A stretch of 64,000 nt of DNA from assembly GCA_048213135.1 (NCBI GenBank), contig PS015009.1, positions 1,860,001-1,924,000 on the forward strand, in the 5' to 3' direction. A program made the position numbers and the translations under genes. This document shows positions 32,342 through 40,622 of the stretch, piece by piece (position 1 is the first letter of the stretch; the number at the start of each line of letters is the position of its first letter). Below the pieces are notes generated by a model. That model ran no database searches. It worked only from the letters and a program-made list of their open reading frames with translations, and had not been told where the DNA came from. This DNA is from Reclinomonas americana ATCC 50394 (taxonomy: Eukaryota).

Positions 32342-33211
32342 ATGAAAAAGACAATAGAAAGAATAGTTAAGAAACCCGCTCAACCAGGTATGGTGGGCGA
32401 CGGGTTCAGGGTATATAATTTCATTCCCGGCGCAGGCATTTCGCAACGCAGGATCAGCCCTTTCCTGATGCTTGATTTTAACGCGGAGTACGATTTTCCG
32501 GCATCCGATAAGCAACGGGGTGTAGATGTGCATCCCCATAAAGGTTTTGAGACCGTGACCATTGCTTACAAGGGCAGTGTGGCGCACCACGACAGTACCG
32601 GTAACAGCGGCATCATCAACCCCGGCGATGTACAGTGGATGACAGCCGGGTCCGGCATATTGCACAAGGAATACCACGAGGAAGCCTACTCCAAAAAAGG
32701 CGGTCCTTTTGAAATGGTGCAGTTGTGGGTCAACCTGCCTAAAGCCAGTAAGTCTGTGGCTCCGCATTACCAGCCCATCACCGCTTCGCAAATGGGTAAG
32801 GTGGAACTGGCAGATAATGCCGGCACGGTTAACGTGATTGCCGGGGAATACAATGGTGTAAAAGGTCCTGCATTCACTTACTCACCCGTAAGTATGTTTG
32901 ACATCAAATTGAATAAAGGCGGCAAAGTGCAGTTCAGTCTGCCGGCTGAATATAATACAGCCCTGCTGCTCATCAACGGATCTGCTGCAATCAATGGCAG
33001 CGATGCACCGGAACACAGTTTTGTATTATTTAAAAATGAAGGTGAGGCCATTGAAGTGGAGGCGAAAGAAAATGCGGTGCTGTTATTGCTCAGTGGAGAG
33101 CCTATCAACGAGCCCATTGCCAGCTATGGTCCGTTTGTAATGAACACGCAGGCGGAGATCTATGAGGCCATCGCGGAATACCAGGCGGGCAAGTTTGGCG
33201 AGTTGGAGTAA
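32342..33211 (+). CDS. Pirin family protein
   Basis: HPHKGFETVT, HHDSTG, VQWMTAGSGILHKE, QLWVNLP, YGPFVMNT. Confidence 0.95.
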   Translation: MKKTIERIVKKPAQPGMVGDGFRVYNFIPGAGISQRRISPFLMLDFNAEYDFPASDKQRGVDVHPHKGFETVTIAYKGSVAHHDSTGNSGIINPGDVQWMTAGSGILHKEYHEEAYSKKGGPFEMVQLWVNLPKASKSVAPHYQPITASQMGKVELADNAGTVNVIAGEYNGVKGPAFTYSPVSMFDIKLNKGGKVQFSLPAEYNTALLLINGSAAINGSDAPEHSFVLFKNEGEAIEVEAKENAVLLLLSGEPINEPIASYGPFVMNTQAEIYEAIAEYQAGKFGELE

Positions 33212-33323
33212 ACAGTAGTAAGTAGTGAGTATAAAGTAACAAGTTGAAGTTTGTCATGATGTGTGGTTATCTTTATACTTGCTACTTTATACTTGATTCC
33301 TTGTCTTACAAAAACCATTAATC

Positions 33324-33869
33324 ATGAACATTCTTATCATTTCCGGCAGTGCAAGACCCAAACGGCAGTCGCACCATGTAGCTGTAGCCATACAACGAAA
33401 GCTGGAAGGCAGACCCGAACTCGGTATACAACTGATGGACGTTCGCGAACACCCGTTACCGTTACTGGAATATGTATTTCAGTCGCACCCCTCACCATCG
33501 GATATGATGAAGAAATGGAAAGAAGCGGTGGACAAAGCCGACGCCTATATTATTGTTTCTCCTGAACACAATGCGGGTTTTGCCGGTGCGCTGAAAAATG
33601 CCATGGATCATTTTTACGATGAGTATGGTGATAAACCGCTGGCTATTGCTACAGCCTCCTCCGGTGTGCTGGGTGGCATCAATGCCGCGAAAGCCCTGCA
33701 GCTGTATGGTATCAAACTGCGGACCATCGTAATGCCCGACTTTCTCATTACACCTAAAGTGCAGACCCTTTTTGACGCGGACAGTAAGATCATTGACGAA
33801 GGTTACGAAAAGCGGCTGGACAAATTCGTTGACAGTTTCCTGCAATTCGCTGCAAAGCATAAAAAATAA
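33324..33869 (+). CDS. NADPH-dependent FMN reductase
   Basis: ISGSAR, ADAYIIVSPEHN, LKNAMD, KP..GG; ATG33324. Confidence 0.92.
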   Translation: MNILIISGSARPKRQSHHVAVAIQRKLEGRPELGIQLMDVREHPLPLLEYVFQSHPSPSDMMKKWKEAVDKADAYIIVSPEHNAGFAGALKNAMDHFYDEYGDKPLAIATASSGVLGGINAAKALQLYGIKLRTIVMPDFLITPKVQTLFDADSKIIDEGYEKRLDKFVDSFLQFAAKHKK

Positions 33870-33874
33870 CAAAG

Positions 33875-34729
33875 ATGAAAAAAGCGATCACACATATACT
33901 CACCGGGCGGGAGAAGCAGATCACCAAAGAAGAAACAGTGCTGCAACCCCTGCCGCACAAAGATTTTCGTTTTGCCAATCCCTTTATAGTACTGCACCAC
34001 AAATTACCGGAGCAAATACAACCCGGGTCTAAGATGCGCATACATCCACACCCCCACCGGGGCTTTGCACCCGTGACTTTTATATTGCAGGGCGAAGGAT
34101 ATCATAAGGATAACGCCGGGCATGACGAGACCGTTAAAGAAGGCGACGTGCAGTGGATGTTTGCCGGAAAAGGTTTACTGCACAGCGAAGGCCCTTCGCA
34201 ACACATACTGGACAATGGAGGTGTGCAGGAATTTATACAACTGTGGGTAAATGTACCGGCGGCTAATAAATGGGATGAACCCGGTTACCAGGCCGCCACC
34301 AAAGAGCAATTGCCGAAAGTACTGCAGCAGGATGGTGTTAACCTGCGCCTGGCCAGCGGTACTTATGATGGAGCCACAGGCCCGCTGAAAACATATACGC
34401 CGGTGATATCCATCGTAGGTGAGATAGAAAAGGGAAACCGCGTACTTCTGCCCGCCACTCCCGGCTACTGGACCCTGTTGTATATTGCCAAAGGAGATGT
34501 AACCGTGAACAATGAACCCGTGGCACCGTACCAATTGGTTGTATTTGAAAAAGAGAACGATGAGATCATTGTTTGTGCGGAAGATGATACGCAATTGCTT
34601 TTCCTTTCCGCTGAACCCATTAATGAACCCATTGCCGCGAAAGATAACTTTGTGATGAATACCATGGAAGAAGTGGACCAGGCCATGAATGATTATAAAG
34701 CCGGCTTGTTCGGCACTTTAAATTACTAA
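33875..34729 (+). CDS. Pirin family protein
   Basis: HPHRGFAPVT, VQWMFAGKGLLHSE, QLWVNVP, FVMNT. Confidence 0.94.
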   Translation: MKKAITHILTGREKQITKEETVLQPLPHKDFRFANPFIVLHHKLPEQIQPGSKMRIHPHPHRGFAPVTFILQGEGYHKDNAGHDETVKEGDVQWMFAGKGLLHSEGPSQHILDNGGVQEFIQLWVNVPAANKWDEPGYQAATKEQLPKVLQQDGVNLRLASGTYDGATGPLKTYTPVISIVGEIEKGNRVLLPATPGYWTLLYIAKGDVTVNNEPVAPYQLVVFEKENDEIIVCAEDDTQLLFLSAEPINEPIAAKDNFVMNTMEEVDQAMNDYKAGLFGTLNY

Positions 34730-34746
34730 ACCAAGAACTGTATATT

Positions 34747-35046
34747 ATGAAAGACGAGTACAAAGACCTGTTACTGGTGATGAATGAAGATGATCACCAG
34801 TTTGAAATGGAAGTGGACGGCGGTAAGGCCATCATCGTGTACCAGCAAAACGACAACATCATCAAACTGCTGCATACCGAAGTGCCGCAGGAACTGGAAG
34901 GCCGAGGTATTGCCACAGCCATTATCGAGAAAACACTGCACTACATTAAAGACAACAACCTGCGCCTGGTACCGCTGTGTCCTATGGTGGTGGCTTACAT
35001 CAAACGTCACCCGGAATGGGAGGCTATAGTAGCAGCGCGGCAGTGA
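34747..35046 (+). CDS. Small GNAT acetyltransferase (YjdJ-like)
   Basis: HTEVPQELEGRGIA, VPLCPMV. Confidence 0.9.
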   Translation: MKDEYKDLLLVMNEDDHQFEMEVDGGKAIIVYQQNDNIIKLLHTEVPQELEGRGIATAIIEKTLHYIKDNNLRLVPLCPMVVAYIKRHPEWEAIVAARQ

Positions 35047-35071
35047 TCTTCTTTACCCTTCAATTATAACT

Positions 35072-35515
35072 ATGCGTTACAGAATGGAAAGTCCCGTACA
35101 GGGAACGATTGGCGATATCAAATACCGGTGTGCTATGGAATGGCGCAACGGAAAATTTATTGCTGATGAACCGGTTTCTTCCGGCGGACAGGATACCGGC
35201 CCGGATCCGTACACCTTACTCCTGTCATCGCTCATCTCCTGTACGCTGGTTACCATGCGTATGTATGCTGACCGTAAGGGATGGGATATTCCCGGCATAA
35301 AAGTAGAAGCCAACCTGGCACAGGTAAGAAGAGGTGAGCAGCTCACGACATTCATCGACCGCAACATCAGTTTTGACGGCCCTGTTGAGCCTGAACAACA
35401 GCAACGTCTTTTCGAGATCGCTTCCGCCTGTCCTATTTCAAAAATGCTCGAAGCAGAAATTAAAGTGAGGAGTTTTATGAATGAAGATGGTTTGCAATTG
35501 CCGACAGATCAGTAA
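35072..35515 (+). CDS. OsmC/YhfA family protein
   Basis: DEPVSSGGQDTGPDP, SC...T.RMYA.RKGW, CPISKML. Confidence 0.92.
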   Translation: MRYRMESPVQGTIGDIKYRCAMEWRNGKFIADEPVSSGGQDTGPDPYTLLLSSLISCTLVTMRMYADRKGWDIPGIKVEANLAQVRRGEQLTTFIDRNISFDGPVEPEQQQRLFEIASACPISKMLEAEIKVRSFMNEDGLQLPTDQ

Positions 35516-35577
35516 CTATCGGCAATTAGCTGTTTTTAGAAAAGACCATTGTGTGCTTTATGGCTTAGCGGGATACA

Positions 35578-36861
35578 TTATTTTATGTCGAATAGTTCTT
35601 CCCACCGGGTAGTGTACCGCGGACTGCGCATTTCCATCCGCATCTTCCAGTCGCGTTTTGTACCTGCTGCGGCGAATTTCACCACTTCATCCCGCATAGC
35701 GAAATTAACATTGTCCAGCATCTGCATCAGCATCCGTTTACCGTTCTGTTTTTCCTCCACGAAAAGGTTACCCTGTATGGTGGCGTCGGGTACCAGTCCG
35801 CTCAGCATAACACCCGCTTTTTTATAAAGCGTTCCTTTTTCAAACAGGCGCCCGGCCATTTCCACAGCGGGTTTGATCAGTTCGTTGGTGGAAGAAGTGG
35901 CGATGGGCAGCGTGGTGTGCAGGCTGTGCGTTACCCCGCGGCGGAAACCCACATTGTGATTTTCTCCTTTTGCTACCACAAAAACACTGATGACCCTCGC
36001 GGCGCTGTGCTGCCGTCTTAATTTTTCCGCGGCCCTTGACGTATAGGTGGCCACTGCTTCGCGGATATCGTTCACGTTGCCTACATTATGCCCGAACATC
36101 CTGGTGGTGGCGATCATTTTTTTTGTTGTCAGTTCCTTTTCCATGTTTTTGGCCGGTTCTCCTTTCAGTTCTTTTATAAGCCTTACGCCAACTACCCCGC
36201 CCAGGTGGGTATGCGCCCAGGGTTCATTCTTTCTCGACAAGTCGAACGCCGTGAATACCGCATGCATGTCCCGCAGCTTTTCCGCGTACTGGTGCCCAAC
36301 ACCCCACACTTCGTTCACCGGAGTTTGCTGCAGGGCTTTTGCAATTTTTTCCGGGGTATCGAGTACAACAACGCAGTTGGTCCCCAGCTTATCTTTTTTA
36401 GCCCGGTGATTGGCCACCTTTGCCAATACCTTTGTGGGAGCCACTCCTACCGATACCTTAATACCCGTCCATTGTTCCACCGTTAACCGGATGTCGAGGG
36501 CCAGTTGCTGCAGGTCGGACGCGGTAAATTCATCCAGGTCCAGGAAAGCCTCATCCACCGAATACACTTCCACATTGTGTTTGCCCAGCATCACGCGAAG
36601 CGTTTCCATTACCCGCCAGCTCAGGTCGCCGTACAGGTTATAGTTCGAAGAAAAAGTGGCCACGTTGTTGGCTTCTATCACCGGCCTCGCTTCAAAGTAA
36701 GGTCCCGCCATGGGTATGCCCAGCGCTTTGGCTTCATCGCTGCGGGAAACGATACATCCGTCATTGTTACTGAGCACCACCACCGGCCGGTTGTCCAGGT
36801 GGGGCTTGAACAGGCGCTCACAGGAGCAGTAAAAATTGTTACAGTCTACGATCGCTTTCAT
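35578..36861 (-). CDS. umuC: Y-family DNA polymerase V catalytic subunit
   Basis: VDCNNFYCSCE, VVLSNNDGC, YSVDEAF, VWGVG, KAGVML, SPRYTTRW. Confidence 0.95.
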   Translation of the reverse strand: MKAIVDCNNFYCSCERLFKPHLDNRPVVVLSNNDGCIVSRSDEAKALGIPMAGPYFEARPVIEANNVATFSSNYNLYGDLSWRVMETLRVMLGKHNVEVYSVDEAFLDLDEFTASDLQQLALDIRLTVEQWTGIKVSVGVAPTKVLAKVANHRAKKDKLGTNCVVVLDTPEKIAKALQQTPVNEVWGVGHQYAEKLRDMHAVFTAFDLSRKNEPWAHTHLGGVVGVRLIKELKGEPAKNMEKELTTKKMIATTRMFGHNVGNVNDIREAVATYTSRAAEKLRRQHSAARVISVFVVAKGENHNVGFRRGVTHSLHTTLPIATSSTNELIKPAVEMAGRLFEKGTLYKKAGVMLSGLVPDATIQGNLFVEEKQNGKRMLMQMLDNVNFAMRDEVVKFAAAGTKRDWKMRMEMRSPRYTTRWEELFDIK

Positions 36862-36879
36862 GACGTTCTGTTTTATGCA

Positions 36880-37023
36880 TTACAAAAACCAGCCCCCGTG
36901 CAGTATGGCAGGGAACAGCATCTCATAGTCCCGTTTCTTTATTTTCGCCGGACGCTGTTTTTTTGGTTGCTGCACGCTTCGCCGGGGTTTTCCGGGCCGC
37001 GGTTTTGTTGGAGGGGTTCGCAT
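36880..37023 (-). CDS. 47-aa basic peptide between umuD and umuC (MRTPPTKPRPGKPRRSVQQPKKQRPAKIKKRDYEMLFPAILHGGWFL)
   Basis: Manual translation; fills the umuD-umuC gap in the same orientation. Confidence 0.4.
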   Translation of the reverse strand: MRTPPTKPRPGKPRRSVQQPKKQRPAKIKKRDYEMLFPAILHGGWFL

Positions 37024-37032
37024 GAGAAACGT

Positions 37033-37464
37033 TTAAAACTTCCTGATGGCGTAGATCACCACGCCCCATATTTTATAATCGTGGAATTCGGTGATCTCTA
37101 TCGGCGACAATCTTGTTGTATCCGGTATCAGCCTTACCTTATTGATCTGTTGTTCGTACCGCCTGATAAGCATTTCGCCGTCCAGTACCGCGATGACGAT
37201 CCTGCCATTGGTTGGTTTGAGGCTGCGGTCAACAATAACGATATCGCCTTCGGTAATACCGGCATTTTCCATGCTGTTGCCGTTAACCCGCATAAAAAAG
37301 GTGGCGGGTTTGTTGCGGATGAGCTGCTCGTTCAGGTCGATGCCCCGCTCCATATAATCGTCGGCCGCGGCGCCAAATCCCGTAGCGTTTGCCGTGGGTA
37401 CTTCCTGCTGGGTGAACCGCTTGGAACCGTTGTAACTGCTGCCGAAAAAATTTTCCACTTCCAT
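37033..37464 (-). CDS. umuD: UmuD-like S24 family protein
   Basis: GFGAAADDY..IDLNEQL, ATFFMRVNGNSM..AGI.EGD, IWGVV; upstream of umuC. Confidence 0.9.
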   Translation of the reverse strand: MEVENFFGSSYNGSKRFTQQEVPTANATGFGAAADDYMERGIDLNEQLIRNKPATFFMRVNGNSMENAGITEGDIVIVDRSLKPTNGRIVIAVLDGEMLIRRYEQQINKVRLIPDTTRLSPIEITEFHDYKIWGVVIYAIRKF

Positions 37465-37478
37465 AAAAATATTTTTAA

Positions 37479-37497
37479 TTACTAAATTATTTAGTAA
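37479..37497. promoter_or_regulatory. Palindrome TTACTAAAT-T-ATTTAGTAA (CTAA-N5-TTAG core), candidate SOS box
   Basis: 9-bp perfect inverted repeat between divergent umuD and the 2H gene; imperfect second copy CTAA-aatag-TTGG at 37505-37517. Confidence 0.7.
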
Positions 37498-37570
37498 ATT
37501 TATGCTAAAATAGTTGGTTGTGCAAATTTTTGAACACTTGATTTTTTAAATCACGATTAAATACAGGGTT

Positions 37571-38191
37571 ATGAAGAAGATCATCAACAGCATACCCGGT
37601 TACAGGGTATATGAATACCTGCTGGTGCTGAATCCCCACGAGGAATTACGCCAGCGCATCATGCAGGTGAAACAGGCTTTTTTTGACACGTACAAGGCGG
37701 GCACGGCCCTGTACAGCAAACCGCACCTTACGCTGGTGAACTTTGTACAGTATGAAATGATGGAGGAGCGCATCATCAACCGGTTACAGCTGATCACCAT
37801 GGGCTTCCAGCCGATCAAGGTGGAACTGAAGGATTTCGGCAGTTTCCCGGCGCACACCATCTATATCAATGTTACTTCCAAAATGCCCATCCAGGGACTG
37901 GTGAAATCGGTACGTGCCGAAACACAGCGGCTGATGAAACTTAATGATGACCACAAACCGCATTTCATGCTGGAGCCGCACCTCACCATTGCCCGGAAAC
38001 TGCAACCCTGGCAATATGAGCAGGGATGGCTGGAGTACAGTCACAAACATTTCACAGGGCGTTTCATCGCGGATGCCATGCTGCTGCTGAAAAGACCGGT
38101 GGGTGAAATGAAATACGAGATCATCCGGCGTTTTGATTTCCAGAACCTCCCGGTAAGTACGAAGCAGGGTGACCTGTTCGGTGGTATATAG
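37571..38191 (+). CDS. 2H phosphoesterase (2'-5' RNA ligase family)
   Basis: Two HxT motifs (PHLTLV, PHLTIA); C-terminal QGDLF. Confidence 0.88.
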   Translation: MKKIINSIPGYRVYEYLLVLNPHEELRQRIMQVKQAFFDTYKAGTALYSKPHLTLVNFVQYEMMEERIINRLQLITMGFQPIKVELKDFGSFPAHTIYINVTSKMPIQGLVKSVRAETQRLMKLNDDHKPHFMLEPHLTIARKLQPWQYEQGWLEYSHKHFTGRFIADAMLLLKRPVGEMKYEIIRRFDFQNLPVSTKQGDLFGGI

Positions 38192-38410
38192 CGTGCGATA
38201 AAAGCTATGTGCTTTGCACCTTCACCTGAATAACCTGTATAATCCGAAATGAACGCCACACACTTTGTACCCGGTGTGGTGATGGCCCGTTTTTAATCCG
38301 GCTACCCAACTTAAAAGCAAGAGTTTAAGAACATCCTCCACCCTCCGCAGGATAGTCAGCGACACCGTACCCGTCAATTATTCATTAACCGTATCATCAA
38401 CAAAAATCTT

Positions 38411-39521
38411 ATGTCCGGGAAACTTCAGCAGGATCATCATAAAGTGCAGGCGCAGCAACAGTCAGAGGAAAAACAATACCTCCATGGCCGCGGGGCGCAG
38501 ATCAATACAAAAAACCGCTTCCTCAAAAACGAGGTTACAAGGGAACACACAGAAGCCATCGACGATTGGGAAGAATCCAATGTTCCAACGCAATACCTCG
38601 AACAGCAATCGAAGACGATCGTGAATAAAGTGGAAAGTAAGGATGTAGGCATGGGGTACAGCATGAACCCTTATGCGGGCTGCGAACACGGCTGCATCTA
38701 TTGCTATGCCCGTAATGTGCACGAATACTGGGGATACAGTGCAGGACTGGATTTCGAACGAAAGATCATTATCAAAAAAAAACGCCCCGCAACTGCTGCG
38801 TAAATTCCTGATGCACCCCAAGTGGGATGCCACACCCATCATGCTCAGCGGCAATACCGACTGCTACCAGCCCGCTGAACAAAAATACCGGCTCACCCGC
38901 GGACTGCTTGAGGTATGCAACGAGTTCAACCAGCCTGTGGGCATACTTACCAAAAACTCGTGGATACTTAAAGACAAAGATGTACTGCAGGAAATGGCAA
39001 AGAAGCAGATCGTTTCGGCGATGGTGTCCATCACTTCTTTCAACGAAGACCTGCGCCGTATTATGGAACCCCGCACTACAACGGCCAAACAAAAATTGAA
39101 AGTGATAGAAGAACTCAGCAAAGCGGGCGTTCGTATGGGTATTATGATGGGGCCTATGATACCCGGTTTGAATGAGCACGAAATGCAACGCATCATGAAA
39201 GCCGCGGCCGACAATGGCGCCACGTTTACCGCATATACGTTCATCCGACTCAATGGCGCTATCAAATTTTTATTCCACGACTGGCTCTATAAAAACTTCC
39301 CCAACCATGCGGATAAAGTATGGCACCTCATCGAGCAAAGCCACGATGGCAAAGTGAATGATACCCGCTGGGGTGTTCGCATGCGGGGCGAAGGCAATAT
39401 CGCCGAACTGGTAGCGCAGCAATACAAAAAGTATGGGAAACTCTACAACATGAATGCGGAAGAGTGGAGCTTGAATTCGAAGTTGTTCAGGAGGCCGGGA
39501 GAGCAGGGGAAGTTGTTTTAA
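38411..39521 (+). pseudogene. PA0069/SplB-like radical SAM protein, split by a +1 frameshift in an A9 run (38774-38782); probably a sequencing error
   Basis: NPYAGCEHGCIYCYAR (CxxxCxxC); continues as NAPQLL..SGNTDCYQPAE..EPRT; C-terminal QGKLF. Confidence 0.88.
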
Positions 39522-39611
39522 TTTTTTCAAAAATAAGATATCTTGTAACCATTGATTTTACTGCTGTTCCCGGCGATGTGAAAATCAAATAAAAATATTT
39601 TTAAAAATAAA

Positions 39612-39644
39612 TTTGGCAAATCAGAAAAAATATTTTCATCTTTG
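39612..39644 (+). promoter_or_regulatory. Bacteroidota primary-sigma promoter of the leader/tRNA transcript
   Basis: TTTG (39612-39615), 21-nt spacer, CATCTTTG (39637-39644), close to the -33/-7 TTTG..TAnnTTTG consensus. Confidence 0.6.
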
Positions 39645-39676
39645 CATCGCAAATAAAAATTTTAAAACAACAAAAC

Positions 39677-39769
39677 ATGCTACGCAATATTTCACTCATA
39701 GGAGCGCAAAGCGGGTACAGCCACAAGGGCTTTGATACCACGTGCGGGGCATGTTATGCTGAAGGATAG
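39677..39769 (+). CDS. Putative leader peptide 1 (MLRNISLIGAQSGYSHKGFDTTCGACYAEG)
   Basis: ATG after an A-rich initiation region; followed by a terminator whose 5' arm is complementary to 39744-39750 inside the ORF. Confidence 0.6.
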   Translation: MLRNISLIGAQSGYSHKGFDTTCGACYAEG

Positions 39770-39794
39770 TACCAAAACTGATTCGCTATAACAC

Positions 39795-39822
39795 AAGCCC
39801 CGCCTGAGATGCGGGGTTTTTT
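39795..39822 (+). terminator. Intrinsic terminator / attenuator 1
   Basis: aagccccgc-ctgagat-gcggggtt followed by a T run. Confidence 0.85.
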
Positions 39823-39873
39823 ATTATCCCGATCTCCAAAACCGGGTGGAAGTTCCGGCGTTCAAAAAAACAG

Positions 39874-39984
39874 ATGATGACACGACAATATAAACGATTT
39901 ACAGCCAATGGCCGGTTGTTCGCAAAAAAAATGCGAATACACGGCGCCGGTAGTAATGATAAACCTAACAACGACCGAAGTTGA
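39874..39984 (+). CDS. Putative leader peptide 2 (MMTRQYKRFTANGRLFAKKMRIHGAGSNDKPNNDRS)
   Basis: Manual translation; four CGA codons; CGACCG (39972-39977) is complementary to the next terminator arm. Confidence 0.55.
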   Translation: MMTRQYKRFTANGRLFAKKMRIHGAGSNDKPNNDRS

Positions 39985-40013
39985 ACAGGTAAGGTATAGC
40001 CATGCCTTCTTGC

Positions 40014-40045
40014 AGCCCGGTCGCCAGTAACGACCGGGCTTTTTT
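40014..40045 (+). terminator. Intrinsic terminator / attenuator 2
   Basis: agcccggtcg-ccagtaa-cgaccgggct followed by TTTTT. Confidence 0.85.
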
Positions 40046-40072
40046 ATGCCCGAAAATAAAAGGAGGTATGAC

Positions 40073-40207
40073 ATGAAATTTTTAGCGATTGTATTGATCA
40101 TCAGGATCATCATCGCTTTGCTCCATAAAGAAAAAAACGAAGCAGCAAACGATGACGTCAGCAGGAACGAGGTAAGGCATCCTGCCGAGTTCAGGTTAAG
40201 GTATTGA
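40073..40207 (+). CDS. 44-aa peptide with hydrophobic N-terminus (MKFLAIVLIIRIIIALLHKEKNEAANDDVSRNEVRHPAEFRLRY)
   Basis: AGGAGGT Shine-Dalgarno at 40061-40067; all five Arg codons are AGG; followed by a hairpin and T run at 40221-40260. Confidence 0.5.
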   Translation: MKFLAIVLIIRIIIALLHKEKNEAANDDVSRNEVRHPAEFRLRY

Positions 40208-40281
40208 GTGCAGAAAGGAGAGAACGGGCGACCCTGTATTAGCCGCAGGGCCCCGTTTTTAAAATCCTGTCAAACGCACCT

Positions 40282-40352
40282 GTTGTCTTTAGCTTATTGG
40301 CAAAGTACTGCACTGTGAATGCAGGGAACAGGGTTCGATTCCCGGAGACAAC
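40282..40352 (+). tRNA. tRNA-His(GUG), T-stem one base short
   Basis: G-1:C73 pair, acceptor ttgtctt/gagacaa, anticodon arm ctgca-ctGTGaa-tgcag, TTCGATT loop; no encoded CCA. Confidence 0.8.
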
Positions 40353-40364
40353 CCCGGAAGATAA

Positions 40365-40458
40365 TACGGCCTGGTGTAAGGGTAACATGACCAGCCTCCT
40401 TCCTTTCTGGAAGGTAAACACAGGCGGGATGTTTCCGGTTCAAATCCGGAGGTCGTAC
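40365..40458 (+). ncRNA. tRNA-like element with normal acceptor/D/T arms and an expanded structured anticodon region
   Basis: tacggcc/ggtcgta acceptor, tccgg-TTCAAAT-ccgga T arm; anticodon region replaced by gcct-ccttcc-tttct-ggaagg-taaacac-aggc. Confidence 0.65.
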
Positions 40459-40467
40459 AAAGATGAA

Positions 40468-40513
40468 AGTATTACCGGGGGTGCGGTGCCGGGTAATCCC
40501 GGCCGGTAATACT
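40468..40513 (+). ncRNA. Minihelix-like degenerate tRNA remnant
   Basis: agtattaccgg/ccggtaatact stem enclosing ccggg-taat-cccgg; related to 40623-40687. Confidence 0.4.
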
Positions 40514-40519
40514 GTATTC

Positions 40520-40591
40520 TGCGGCCTGGTGTAATGGTTAGCACGCCACTCTTATAAGGTGGTGATCCCGGTTCAAGTCCGGGGGCCGCGA
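40520..40591 (+). tRNA. tRNA-Ile(UAU)
   Basis: tgcggcc/ggccgcg acceptor, gtgt/gcac D stem, ccact-ctTATaa-ggtgg anticodon arm, cccgg-TTCAAGT-ccggg T arm; no encoded CCA. Confidence 0.85.
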
Positions 40592-40622
40592 CAAAAGGAA
40601 GGAGCAGGTAAGTGATTAAAAT

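Noticed and set aside
36505-37485. 326-aa plus-strand ORF and other long antisense ORFs (e.g. 42978-43937, 16041-16880, 27850-28689)
   Set aside because: Shadow frames opposite well-supported genes.
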